A stretch of DNA of 64,000 nt. Origin: Aplysia californica. Its lineage: Eukaryota. Below, piece by piece: positions 25,302 to 36,989 of the stretch (its first letter is position 1; every line of letters starts with the position of its first letter). A program made the translations under genes and the position numbers. The stretch lies in contig NW_004797490.1 of assembly GCF_000002075.1 (NCBI RefSeq), positions 963,013 to 1,027,012 on the forward strand. The letters run 5' to 3'. The notes below the pieces were generated by a model. That model did no database searches and was not told the DNA's origin. It saw nothing but the letters and a program-made list of their open reading frames with translations.

Positions 25302-26403
25302 ATGTACAATGGCTTGTCAAAATGAGACTTCAGTCGTTGAGAATAAAGTTCACAAAGGAGAGATAAATCCCAAACTCACAATTGACTTTCAATAACTAGG
25401 CTAAGGAAAACTTGACGGACGAGATAAAGACCTCTCTAAAAATATTTTGATACATATGTATATTTCTCGGGTTGCAAATGGAATTTTGTTAATAAGCACA
25501 ATAATGAAAAAAAAATTAAATCATAGCGGAGAAATGTAACGTTTGAGGTAAATTCAAAGTGAACATGCGACCAACTTTTCAACTATTAAAGTTTCATTTT
25601 GTCAAGTTGTACGACATGTGAAAGTGGAAGCGTAGAATAAGCTTTCCGGGCGTATATCCAGTGTCTTTCATCAACTACCCTGAACAGGTTAACCAAAATT
25701 GATATGAATGAATGTAGCATAATTTCTTTCTTTGATTTTATGAGTTCTAAGTTTTAGTGTTTTGATATTACTTTGTTTTTCATTTTCAGCGTAAAACTAA
25801 TAATACAATCATCGTGAATTCCTTTGAAAAGCGACATGCATTCAAGAGATCAAATGTGGCGCTTATTGTGTAGTTTGAACTGAAGCTTTTACAGCCTCGT
25901 CTTGATTTTATAATTCCCACGGCAGCAAAACATTTTTGCACAAATCTTTTAGTTTTTAGCTTTACCTTTTCAACTCATTTACACCACATAACATCCTTTT
26001 TCTTTTAAAAGTAAAGGCACTCGCCATAATCCATCTCAGCATCAGTGTACTGAGAGATGAGAGCAGACGTTTGCAATATATTATATATGGACAGAAGTTT
26101 CATCCTTTCTTGAAACGCCACATTGCTCTTACAGAAACATTTTAATTTTTTTCTACTGCGATTTATGCAATGACTGTTTACTTTTAGACCACTTTTGAAT
26201 GTCTATTTATACTAATGATTAGTAAGTTCCCAAAAATAACCACCAAAATTTAAAAAAAAAAAAATTACAAAAGCAAAAACAAACACCAAAAAAATTTGAA
26301 AAAAATGTCTGTCATATATATATATTATAATGTGTGTGTACAGCTGCGTACATTTTTGAGAGAACAAGTGTTTCGTGAATGTTTCGATGTGTTTTCGTGT
26401 CGC

Positions 26404-26409
26404 AATAAA
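26404..26409 (+). terminator. Candidate polyadenylation signal of the plus-strand gene (an alternative AATAAA lies at 25342-25347)
   Basis: AATAAA followed by T-rich sequence, at the end of a repeat-poor AT-rich 3' UTR-like stretch and just before the transposon cluster. Confidence 0.4.
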
Positions 26410-26527
26410 GTGTTCAAACTAAATATATTTCCCGTATTCTTTTATATTTTTTAATAGACCAAAGTCATGCATGCATATTATGAAACATCCTGTTTGGGTA
26501 CACTTCGAAGTGCTGAACTAACTACAT

Positions 26528-27026
26528 CAAAGATAGTTCATAACAAGATGGGCCACTCAGCCAAAAAAGTTTCCGCCGGAAGTCCGCTCTTTGCTTCAGA
26601 TGGCGCTGCAGTCTGTTTTGAAGATCTCTTTCGTTTTTCCAGAAGAAGAATAGGAATAGCACCTCCTTGCGTGCGCAGATCGACTGCTGTTCATCAGCAG
26701 TTCGGGTTCGTTCAGAGCGGAGTTTTAGGTTTTTAAAATTTATTTTAATGACCTCTCGTCTTTCATTCTTAAGTCAAATTAAACGAAGAAAACAATCACC
26801 CCTTCCTCCAGAAAAGGTTTTTTGTCAGTGTAACCATTTTAAAAAAGCGTTCTTTCGAATTTTAGTTCAAAACTTGCTAGTTTCACTTTGATTTTTTAAA
26901 ATACAAGTAGGGTAGCTCTGTTCGCAAAAGGTGCGCATTTGCGAAGAGGGCGCCACCGAATTTTGAGGACACTTTTTTAATTGGCTCAAAGAGAGGAGTG
27001 GCCCCTCTTGTTATGTAAACTCTTTG
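26528..27026. mobile_element. Second copy of the P-like MITE, opposite orientation
   Basis: Imperfect 30-bp TIRs. TSD actacat at 26521-26527 and 27027-27033. Interior is the reverse complement of 32711-33212. Confidence 0.88.
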
Positions 27027-27086
27027 ACTACATGTAGCTCTACGTATAGCACAGCTTTCCTGCCCTATAATCATATTCTGTCGTCA

Positions 27087-27421
27087 CCACTTTCTGCCCC
27101 CTCCTCTGGGCTTCTTTCTACTGCCTTTCTCTACTGCAAGGCTGCTCCTTGGCTCTTTCTCACTGCTGTCATTCAGCCACACCCCTGATCGAAGGGTTGT
27201 AAGATCTAACATATAGCCTTCTCTGATACGGATGGGGAAAAAATCTCAAAGGTCCCGTGTGCAAGTTGCGCACGTTAGAGATCCCTCGATGATCCTAAAA
27301 TCGATAAGGGTAGGTTTCAGCAGGCACCCAAACAAAATTCAAAATTCCTACCGAATTTTTAAAAAAGTTTGTGTCCCGCGCGCTCATAAGACCTTATGCA
27401 ATTGCGAGCGCCGTAAAACAC
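27087..27421 (+). mobile_element. 5'-truncated SINE family A copy
   Basis: Matches about 33967-34318 (ccactttctgcccc...gcgagcgccgtaaaaca). Confidence 0.85.
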
Positions 27422-28099
27422 GTACCAAATGTATTTTTTTAAAAGCTGCATGCCCGAAACAAAAATGTTAATATATACCTGGTATACAATATGTATCAAG
27501 TTTTAAGAAAAGCTAACGACTACCAGCAGTTTTATTTGAATAACTTTCAACTTTTTTTCATCTATTAAGCAAGAAATCTGAAACAATAAACCTAATTATT
27601 TTTTTATGGCGCTTTCACTACATTGAAACGGGTAAATTAAATTTTGTAACACCCCCCCCCCCCTCGAAAAAAAAGCTTCGGAAATGTCAAAATTTGGGAG
27701 CTTTTTGTTTTTGAAAGCATCTATTGTTGTTATTATTACAGAAGTGGGTCCCACTTATTATAATAACGATTAACGGGATTTCGGCTATAACAGGCTATAA
27801 ATCCCCTCATCCGATCTCATACAGTCGTAACAGAGTACCCATAATAATATATCATAAATTTCCGACAACTGGGACCTTTCTCCAGACATACACACCCACA
27901 ATTTACTGGACAAGAAAGCAGTGAAAAGCTGTTCGTTGGAAATGGCCGAAATGCCGCACATCGCACCATTCTTGACACGCACAACCTGGCAAGACACATA
28001 ATTGAGTTAGTAGAGATGGCAAAGCCACTAGCCCACCACCAAACCTCATCAGCAAAATAGAAGTTTGTCTGGATCATCGAGAACATATTCAGTAAGAGT

Positions 28100-28281
28100 T
28101 TTAGTTTTAGATTTAGTAAAGGTTCTACAGCGCTCGCAACTGCATAAGGTCATATGAGCACCTGAAGATTAGAGGTGTTACAAGAGAGTAACAAACATAT
28201 AAAAGGAGGGGAGATAAGGACGATAGATGTTTGATAGGAAAGAAGAAGCAAACCACACCAGAGCACCCGCCAAGCACCCAC
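28100..28281 (-). mobile_element. Short head-less retroposon (family B)
   Basis: About 180 bp with the same 3' tail as SINE A. TSD tcagtaagagt at 28089-28099 and 28282-28292. Confidence 0.85.
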
Positions 28282-28475
28282 TCAGTAAGAGTAAGAGTAA
28301 AACGGATAAAAAAGCAAATGAAGCAAAACACCCATCAAAGTGAATTTGACCCACACGACGAATAGGAGACTTAAATTGATTGTTTAGATATATATTTGGT
28401 GATGTGTCATACTATTTTACTATTTATGCCGGGGGGAAGGAAAGAGGAGAGGAGGGGGGGGGGGGAGAGAGAGAG

Positions 28476-28525
<50 letters not shown>

Positions 28526-28573
28526 TGATGCACATTTCCCAATCAGAGAACTGTGACGTCGCGTGGCCTTGGT

Positions 28574-28755
28574 CTGTCCCCGCGGTTGTATGCACCCCGC
28601 ATAATTTAGCAAAATTTGATTTTTTGGGGGGCATAATTTCTGATTATTTTCCTGTATCATTCTTTGTCAAAATTAACAGAATCGCATAGTTTCACATTTT
28701 TGGGCTCAAGTTTGCATAATTTCAGAATTTTTCTTGCCTAAAACGACGGGGACAG
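28574..28755 (+). mobile_element. MITE with CTGTCCC...GGGACAG termini and a 6-bp TSD
   Basis: TIRs ctgtccccg/cggggacag with cttggt on both sides. Three homologous copies occur in the window. Confidence 0.88.
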
Positions 28756-29933
28756 CTTGGTCTGGCACCACATCGTCCCACTCTCTCACCGTGGGGTGGC
28801 AAGACTTGCAACATTACATGTCGTGTTGAAATTGAATGAATAGTAAGTACTGGGCTCTAGATCTACAGCAGATATACTTGTGCTCTTTTCCCAAAGTGAA
28901 GTAAGTGTATTTGATTACGAATACATGTGTAGAGCGCACAGAGCCTTCTGCAGAGCACGATAAGGTATGCGCTAAAAAAAAATGCAATAAAGGTAATTGT
29001 CAAGTCGACCCCCAAGGGACTAAAATACATGAACTACAAAAAAATTATATCGAGGAAAAAATAAGTGGAAGAGAGGGAAGAAATAAAGGATAAATTGACG
29101 ATAGGTGACCTGTGTAATAATAAATAAATAAACTAGTGACCCCCCCCCAAAAAAAACAACAACAACAAAATAACAACTACAACAACAACAAAAACAATAT
29201 NNNNNNNNNNNNNNNNNNNNNNNNNNNNNNNNNNNNNNNNNNNNNNNNNNNNNNNNNNNNNNNNNNNNNNNNNNNNNNNNNNNNNNNNNNNNNNNNNNNN
29301 NNNNNNNNNNNNNNNNNNNNNNNNNNNNNNNNNNNNNNNNNNNNNNNNNNNNNNNNNNNNNNNNNNNNNNNNNNNNNNNNNNNNNNNNNNNNNNNNNNNN
29401 NNNNNNNNNNNNNNNNNNNNNNNNNNNNNNNNNNNNNNNNNNNNNNNNNNNNNNNNNNNNNNNNNNNNNNNNNNNNNNNNNNNNNNNNNNNNNNNNNNNN
29501 NNNNNNNNNNNNNNNNNNNNNNNNNNNNNNNNNNNNNNNNNNNNNNNNNNNNNNNNNNNNNNNNNNNNNNNNNNNNNNNNNNCCCCCACCCCCACCCCCC
29601 GCAAAAAACAACAACAAAAAATCCCCGTCGAATGTTACAGCTGCAATAATTATGTCACTGAATCGGACACACAAAATCTTCACGTGGCATGATTTGGGTA
29701 CAGTTCAACTCTTAGTTTACGGTGTGCGCAACAAATTTTGAGATTCAAGTAAGTTTTCAGTATCACAAACTTTCTTGTAACCTCGCTCCTATTTATTAAC
29801 CTATTTGCATTTTTTTTAACTCCACCAAACTGAGAAGAAATTAACGATCTAAGCATAGCACTAGCAGTTAACAAGCAGTTTGATTATAGATAAGATAAGA
29901 TTTTTTAAATTAATGGTAAATTTAAACTATTTG

Positions 29934-30454
29934 TTTTTTTGGTAAGTGTTTTACGGCGCTCGCAACTGAATAAGGTCATATGAGCGCGCGGGACACATTA
30001 AACATTTTCAGTTGGTAGGATATTTTGGATTTTGCCCGGGTGGCGGCCGAAGCCTACTCGAACCGATTTTAGACCACCAAGGGATCTTTAACGTGCGCAA
30101 CTTGCACACGGGACCTCCGAGATTTTTCGCCCTTGTCCGAGAAGGCTAGGTGTAGATCTGTCCTACCAGAAGACCAGGGGTGTGGCTGAAACTTTCAGTG
30201 AAAGACAGCAGTAAAAAGGCTGCAGAAAGAGTCAGGAGCCCAGAGGAAGGGGCAAAGGAAGTGAGGGGGTGGGGTAGAAAATGGAGACGAAAGCAGACAA
30301 CAGAACATTTCTAGAGAGCAAGAAAGGAGGTGAAAGAAAGGAGACAATTATTAGAGGAGAATTTTTTTGTGGGTGGCAACCTGGATTCAAACCCGGGACC
30401 TTTGAATGAGAGTTGAGAGGCGAACACCTTAACGTCTAGGCCTCGAAAGCCCCC
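29934..30454 (-). mobile_element. Near full-length SINE family A copy
   Basis: Reverse-complement match to 33814-34336 along its whole length, head to tail. Confidence 0.88.
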
Positions 30455-30457
30455 TAT

Positions 30458-30635
30458 CTGTCCCCGTCGTTTTATGCAAGAAAAATTCTGAAATTATGCA
30501 AACTGAGCCCAAAGATGTGAAATTATGTGATTCTGTTAATTAACAAAGAATGATAAAGGAAAATAATCAGAAATTATGCCCAAAAAATTACCAAATTTTG
30601 CTAAATTATGCGGGGTGCATAAGCCACAGGGACAG
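30458..30635 (-). mobile_element. Same 6-bp-TSD MITE family
   Basis: TSD ccctat at 30452-30457 and 30636-30641. Confidence 0.88.
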
Positions 30636-31189
30636 CCCTATGACTATGAGAGATTTTTGTTATGACTGTTAACAACCAAGCCAGCTAAACTAGCACGCCG
30701 GATACAAAGAGTTAATGTGTAATCAAGGAGCTTAGAACTAAGTTTTTAATCTCCTTGAGCGCAATATCCTGCTCGAAAAATTATGTTGAGAGCTTTGGTT
30801 GTATTTTTATGATTGAAGTTAGAAACTTATCAGTCATGTAGGCAGTTCTTGGAAAAGGGAACGTAGTCATCAACAAAAATGAACACTGGGACTATCAGCA
30901 GGCGGACTCTGACTCGAGGTGGATATTGGAGAGGGGAGCGGAGCACGTGTGGCAATGCCCGGAGTGCTATGATGTTGTTCCCAGGAAAAAGTAAACAAGT
31001 CATCAACAGTGGAATCAGGGTAAAGTAGGACATTCCAGTGGCACCCTCCAATTCTATACGCATAGCTAGTTTGCAACGCTATTGTTGCGGCTAAGTCACG
31101 ATGGATCCGATTTCACGTTTCACAGGACAACCCCGTTCCAGCGCATGCAAAATGCCAGACCCCCTAACGCCGTGTGAAATTTGAATTGG

Positions 31190-31846
31190 CTGTATGAAAC
31201 ATTTGTAATAAATTGTAATCTCATAAGCAAAGGCGAAAAGATCAGACAAGTCCAACAGATTAAATATATCTCTATATAATATCTAATGCCAGATGTTCCA
31301 CAGAAATGAAAAGAAGAATTTGCAATGGCTAAGGCTAGTTTCAATAAAATGAGCCCAATCCTGAAAAAATAGAAACATCTCAATAAATGCCTGAATGAAA
31401 GTTCTGAAATGCTCTGTATGGTCAACCATACGGCTGTGAATGCTGTGAAAGACAGTGAAAATGAAATGAACGCAACAGAAATGTGGTTTCGTGGGAGACT
31501 GCTGAGAATATCGTGGAAGGAAAAGAAATCAAATGAGTTAGTACTTGATGAAGCCAACGTGGGACGCTCACTGTTAAAAACAATAAGGAAAAGACAAACG
31601 CAGATTTTGGGACACATGAATAGACATAAAGTAAAGGTCTTGAACATCTAGCTCTAACAACTGACAAAATTGAAAGCAAACGAGGAAGAGCTAGGCCCAG
31701 AGCAACCTACTTAACAGATGGGTAACAAACAGGGAAAGGTCGGGGTAACGTAGATTTTTTTAAGAGCATCCGAGCAGAGGAATGGATGGAGAAGCATGAT
31801 CACCGATGTCTGCCGCAGATCTGGCACTTGATGATGTTGATGATGT
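31190..31846 (+). mobile_element. Degenerate RTE-type LINE 3' end
   Basis: Frameshifted ASFNKMSPIL, YGCE, ATEMWFRGRLLRISW, QILGHMNR and KRGRARPR motifs, ending in a (gat)n-type tail. Confidence 0.8.
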
Positions 31847-31967
31847 GCGGCACCTCTCTTATCCCGTGATATTTTTACTCACGACTTGTGACAAGTGGCA
31901 TACGACGTGCGGCAGACAACTTTCTCTGACTGACGCCTGGCTGTCGGAGACTCTTTCACAACAGTGG

Positions 31968-32139
31968 ATTGTTTGTTTTGTTTTAGTAAGAATTTTATGG
32001 CACTCACAACACAAATAAGTCATATGTGCCGAAGACTAGAGGTAGTGCTAGAGAGTAACAAACAAAAGTAAGAGAAGTATAGACGATAAAAGTTTGGCAG
32101 GAAGGAAAGAGCAAACAACACCAGAGCACCCACCACCCA
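31968..32139 (-). mobile_element. Family B retroposon
   Basis: Same tail, core and ccaccca boundary as the other copies. Confidence 0.75.
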
Positions 32140-32401
32140 GAGCAGTGAAAGTATCGCGTTTTCCCTTTGCATACTATATAACATGTGTATACATAGTATC
32201 CTTCGTTTATCAGGCAGCCATACGTCATTTTCAAAAGGTACACTTTTCTGATTCACTTTAGAAATTTACTGTTTACCACCGGGCTTCCGAGTTCATTTTT
32301 AGTAATCGTTTTACGGCACTCGAAACAGTGGCGTCCAAGAGAAACTTGAAAATGTAATCACCCAAGCATCGGGTCAAAGACTTGCGTTACCCATTCATAC
32401 A

Positions 32402-32403
<2 letters not shown>

Positions 32404-32460
<57 letters not shown>
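32404..32460 (+). repeat. (TA)n microsatellite
   Basis: Direct reading. Confidence 0.95.
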
Positions 32461-32464
<4 letters not shown>

Positions 32465-32710
32465 TATGCATCATCTGACCCATTAATATTTCATTTATGT
32501 TGAGAGACGCCCGGGATATGGTCACTCAAAACTGACCTTAAAAATCAGGCTTGGCAAAATTGCGCGAAATTAAAGAAACGTAAAATTGTCTTCGCGCGAG
32601 TATTGAGGAGCATCATTATCAATATTGGTAACAACGGACATACATTGCATATCCAGTGAGTAAATAATTTTGTCTCAGTAGTAAACAAATTTTACGATAT
32701 TTGGTTACGA

Positions 32711-33212
32711 CAAAGATAGTACAAGACAAGATGGGCCACTTCTCTCTTTGAGCCAATTAAAAAAGTGTCCTCAAAATTTGGTGGCGCCCTCTTCACAAAA
32801 GCGCACTCTTTGCGAACAGAGTTACCCTACTTGAGTTTTAAAAAATCAAAGTGAAACTAGCAAGTTTTGGGATAAATTTCGGAAGAACGCTTTTTAAAAA
32901 TGATTACGCTGACAAAAAACGTCTTCCGGAGGAAAAGGAGATGGTTTTCTTCGTTTAATTTGACTTTAGAATGAAGGGCGAGAGGTCATTAAAATTTTTT
33001 AAAACCCAAAACTCCGCACTGAACATACCCGAACTGCTGATGAACAGCAGTCGAAGTCGATCTGCGCACGCATCGAGGTGCTATTCCTATTCTTCTTCTG
33101 GAAAAACGAAAGAGAGCTTCAAAACAGACTGCAGCGCCATCTGAAGCAAAGAGCATACTTCCTGCGGACACTTTTTAGGCTGAGTGGCCCATCTTGTCTT
33201 GTACTATCTTTG
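32711..33212. mobile_element. P-element-like MITE (30-bp perfect TIR, 7-bp TSD)
   Basis: TIR caaagatagtacaagacaagatgggccact at 32711-32740 and inverted at 33183-33212. TSD gttacga at 32704-32710 and 33213-33219. Confidence 0.88.
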
Positions 33213-33813
33213 GTTACGATAGTTTCAAACAAAACGGATTACAGTGCGATTACAACTACAACACAAAACTTGGACTTGACATATACTATGTGCTCATTGT
33301 TATTTTGTTTAAGAGCCATTTGTTTTGTGAAGTGCACTCTGGGCATCGATTCTATTAAATTTCGGTCATAATTATTTGTCATTTCATCCCAAATGTCACA
33401 GAAAATTGATTGAAAACAAAGGGTGTGAATTGGGAGCAAAGTCGCTTTTCTTCAGCTGCTGTTTCAAGGGATTTCACAATGCACGTAGGATTCATATCGG
33501 GGCTATTTACTGGTGACCACTCCAACGTTGAATTTTTATTTGTTTTTCCAAGAATTGTCTAGGGGTACACATTAATATAATAATAGCCCTGAGAGAAAAG
33601 GCTTTGCTGTGCATGGATATGTCTACTTGAAAGAAACCATGTCGAAAATATGGGTAAGACATGACACTCGCGCGATGTATTCCACTAAAACAAGCCATCC
33701 GGTGATTTTCACGAGGGCGGTTTTGTTTATTCTACCCCTGATAATCCAAAACCGTGGCAATTTCGTGGCCCCTGTTCCTCACTGACAGATGATTATGTTC
33801 AAACTCTAACTAT

Positions 33814-34336
33814 GGGGGCTCTCGTGGCCTAGAGGTTAAGGTGTTGGCCTCTCATTCAAAGGTCCCGGGTTCGAATCCGGGTAGCGACCGAAACATTTTC
33901 CTCTCTAAAATTGTCTCCTTTCACCTCCTTTCCTGCTCTCTAGCAAAGTTCTGTTTGCTTTCATTTCCACTTTCTGCCCCCACCCCCTCACCTCCTTTGC
34001 CCCCTCCTCTGGGCTCCTGACTCTTTCTGCAGCCTTTCTACTGCTACTCCTTGGCTCCTCCTTACTGCTGTCTTTCTGCCACACCCCTGATCTTCTGGTA
34101 GGAAAGATCTACACCTAGCTTTCTCGGACAGGGGCGAAAAATCTCGGAGGGCCCGAGTGCAAGTTGCGCACGTTGAAGATCCCTTGGTGGTCTAAAATCG
34201 ATAAGAGTAGGCTTCGACCGCCACCCGGGCAAAATTCAAAATTTCCTACCAACTGAAAATATTAGGTGTGTCCCGCGCGCTCATATGACCTTATGCAGTT
34301 GCGAGCGCCGTAAAACACTTTACAAAAAAAAAAAAA
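33814..34336 (+). mobile_element. Full-length tRNA-derived SINE (family A)
   Basis: A box TGGCCTAGAGG and B box GGTTCGAATCC, with a tRNA-Glu(CTC)-like head, pyrimidine-rich body, stem-loop tail and poly(A). TSD aaactctaactat at 33801-33813 and 34337-34349. Confidence 0.9.
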
Positions 34337-34789
34337 AAACTCTAACTATCACTAACACAGTCCAATAGCTCTTAAACAAAAACAAAATTAAAACTAATGA
34401 ACATGTGTAACTATTTAAGTCCACGCTTTGCGTGGTATTTGTAACTGCTCTGTTTTCCAATCTGTTGGAAGTTACCATCAGAAGATGCTGTACATTGCAG
34501 AGACAATAACATGCTTTTGTCAGTTGAAATATTCAATACAAGTCCATTCCACCAATGTTGATGCACCTCAGTATATTATACGAGCTAACACACTTTTACG
34601 TTTTTCTGATTTTGCACAATTTAGCCAAGCCTGATTTTTTTAGGTCAATTTTCAGTGACCATATCTCCGGCGTCTCTAAACATAGATTAAAAGGTCAGAT
34701 GATGCAGCATTCAGTTTTATATTGGTATGCTGCATGAGCGGGAAGTACAAAGCTATAATACGATGATTGGGCGATTACATTTTCAAAGT

Positions 34790-34936
34790 TTCTTTTGGAC
34801 GCCACATAAATGCCGAAAATTTGAGGTGTTACAAGTGAGTAACAAACATAAAAAAGGGAGGAAAGATAAGGACGAAACAGGTTTGACAGGACAAAAGAAG
34901 CAAACCACATCAGCAGAGCACACGCCAACCACCCAC
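34790..34936 (-). mobile_element. Family B retroposon (diverged, tail partly lost)
   Basis: gaggtgttacaagtgagtaacaaacata...gcaaaccacatcagcagagcacacgccaaccaccca. Confidence 0.7.
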
Positions 34937-35356
34937 TTTTCAAGTTCTCCTTCCGTATCCGAGAGGACGAGTTACTCGTCACTCCCCCCCCCCCCCCCCC
35001 CCCCCCCAGGCAAGGGCGTGAAATACCACAGTACATTTTTACATGGCATCAACCGACAAGCCAGAACAAAAATAAAATAAACACTCTCATCGGCACAATT
35101 TTATATAATTTAGGAGGCGGCTTCCGATCCTGCATGTCAAGGTCAATCTGAGCTGTGAGGGACATAGTCTCAGCAGAAAGATTGAGACAACTGGATAAAC
35201 ATTTCTCCTTCCTTGGGTCTTCTGCATATGATAGAGGAGCGTCTAACTGCTACACCACAGACGTCGGTTTGCCAGTACAAACGGGAATCAGAATTATAAT
35301 TTGAAGAGCACAGGGGGAAAACGACGGTAGTCACAAACTGGAAATTGTGAGGGTAC

Positions 35357-35800
35357 TTTACTTTTTCATCCTCTGTTGCCGTTAAGCGTCGAGGGGAGAT
35401 GAAGTTTTCTATGGTAGGCCAGCTCCGCAGCTCTTTCAGTTGTGATGTTATGTTTTCTTAGGGTTTCTTTGACACCCTCGATCCACCTTTTGCGTGGCCT
35501 TCCTCTTCCTTTATAGCCTGAGTGCTTGGTGTTGTAGGCTCTCAAGGCTGGCTGGTCAGGTGACATGCGTAACAGGTGGCCAAACCATTTTATCACCTGT
35601 CTTTCTATGTAACGCAGGCAGGACTCAGTGCCGATAGCTGCTCTTACTTCTTTATTTCTCTGCCAGTCTCGTCTTGTGATGTTAAGGGTTTTGCGGAGAC
35701 ATTTCATTTCGCATGCAGTGATTTTGCTTTCATGGGTTTTTCTACTTAAGGTCCAGGTTCGCACTGATAACATAATGTTGGTATGAATATATAGAGGTGA
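35357..35800 (-). mobile_element. 5'-truncated RTE-type LINE (C-terminal end of the RT ORF)
   Basis: WTL..ESKITACEMKCLRK..RRDWQRN..IKWFGHLLRM..GRGRPRKRW motifs, an aaaaagtaaa tail, and TSD gagggt(a/g)c. Confidence 0.85.
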
Positions 35801-35924
35801 CGAGGGTGCCAATTTTAAAAGCTGGTGGACTCATAACTTCATATTTGTTCGACTGGTGGTTTATTGTTAAGTGTTGTTGAAAGGTAAATCTAACAATAAT
35901 CAACCAACAGTTGAACAGAAATAC

Positions 35925-36104
35925 CTGTCCCTGTCGTTTTATGCAAGAAAAATTCTGAAATTAAGCAAACTGAGCCCAAAAATGTGAAATTATGCAATTC
36001 TGTTGATTTTAACAAAGAATGATAAAGGAAAATAATCAGAAATTCTGCAAAAAAATGATCAAATTTTGCTAAATTATGCGGGGTGCATAAAACCACTGGG
36101 ACAG
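35925..36104 (-). mobile_element. Same 6-bp-TSD MITE family
   Basis: TSD aaatac at 35919-35924 and 36105-36110. Confidence 0.88.
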
Positions 36105-36418
36105 AAATACAGTTGTGAGTCAACAAGCGTTCAAAATTGGTACCCTCGCGTTTTTCAGTTTGTGACTACCGTTATTTTTCCTCTGTAGTCTTCAATTGTT
36201 TTAAAGTTTAGAGCACATACGTGTATCATCCATAGAAATAGAAACAGAAAATTAGACCATGGAACAGATAAAGAAGCAAATGAAGAGAAAAGTCAGCATG
36301 AAGCGGTAAATCCCACTCTAAACAATCACAGACACTCCCCCCCCCCCCCCCCTTTAAAAAAGCTCGACAATAGACGAGATAACAAGAGGAAGTTCTTTTC
36401 CAATACAACAGTGAGCTT

Positions 36419-36604
36419 AGTTAGTTTTAGTTATAGTAGAGGTTTTACGGCGCTCGCAACTGCATGAGGTCATATGAGCGCCAGAAGATTAGAGGTGTTA
36501 CAAGAGAGTAACAAACATAAAAAAAGAAGAAGGGGAGACAAGGAAGATAGTTTTCTATAGGAAAGAAGGAGCAAACCACACCAGAGCACCCGCAAACCAC
36601 CCAC
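36419..36604 (-). mobile_element. Family B retroposon
   Basis: Homologous to 28100-28281. TSD acagt(g/a)agctt at 36408-36418 and 36605-36615. Confidence 0.85.
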
Positions 36605-36789
36605 ACAGTAAGCTTGAACTCGAGATGTTTGTTTTGAGTAATAAAGAGAAGCATATCGACACACTATAGTCATATTCAGTGCTGAGAAAAAGTAGGACAG
36701 ACAGACAGAAACAACAGAGTGAAAGTAAAGAAGTACAAAGACGTAAAACCTACCAGTGGCGCTCTCCACCCACCGGCTCAAACTCCACA

Positions 36790-36989
36790 TTGTTTTAGTA
36801 AGCGTTTCATGGCATAATCAACAAAATCACTGGTACTGTGTTGCAAGTGCCGTAAAATATAAGTGACGAAGATTAGAGGCATTACAAGAGAGTAACAAAC
36901 ACACAAAAAAGAAGGAGGAGAGATAAGGACGATAGATGTTTGATAGGAAGTTAGAGCAAACCACGCCAGAGCACCCGCCAGCCACCCAC
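36790..36989 (-). mobile_element. Family B retroposon with a rearranged tail
   Basis: Core and 5' boundary intact; the tail contains an inverted piece. Confidence 0.75.

Larger units (their letters stand above)
32467..34706. mobile_element. Old element with long (~330 bp) diverged inverted arms, interrupted by the P-like MITE and SINE A
   Basis: Left arm 32467-32710 plus 33220-33320 aligns to the reverse complement of about 34365-34706 (tgcatcatctgacc; gagacgcc..gatatggtcact; aaaaatcaggcttggc; ttgtttaagagc). Confidence 0.65.
35301..36195. mobile_element. Palindromic (fold-back) element interrupted by a LINE fragment and a MITE
   Basis: acggtagtcacaaactg (35324-35340) pairs with cagtttgtgactaccgt (36156-36172). 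After removing the two insertions, the arms pair almost to the centre near 35875. Confidence 0.65.

Noticed and set aside
2308-29741. Long ORFs made mainly of X residues
   Set aside because: They only span N gaps and carry no coding evidence.
33814-33890. tRNA gene call for the A/B-box sequences here and at 9607 and 17035
   Set aside because: The acceptor and anticodon stems do not pair properly. The 33814 and 17035 copies continue into a SINE body, and the 33814 copy also has poly(A) and a TSD.
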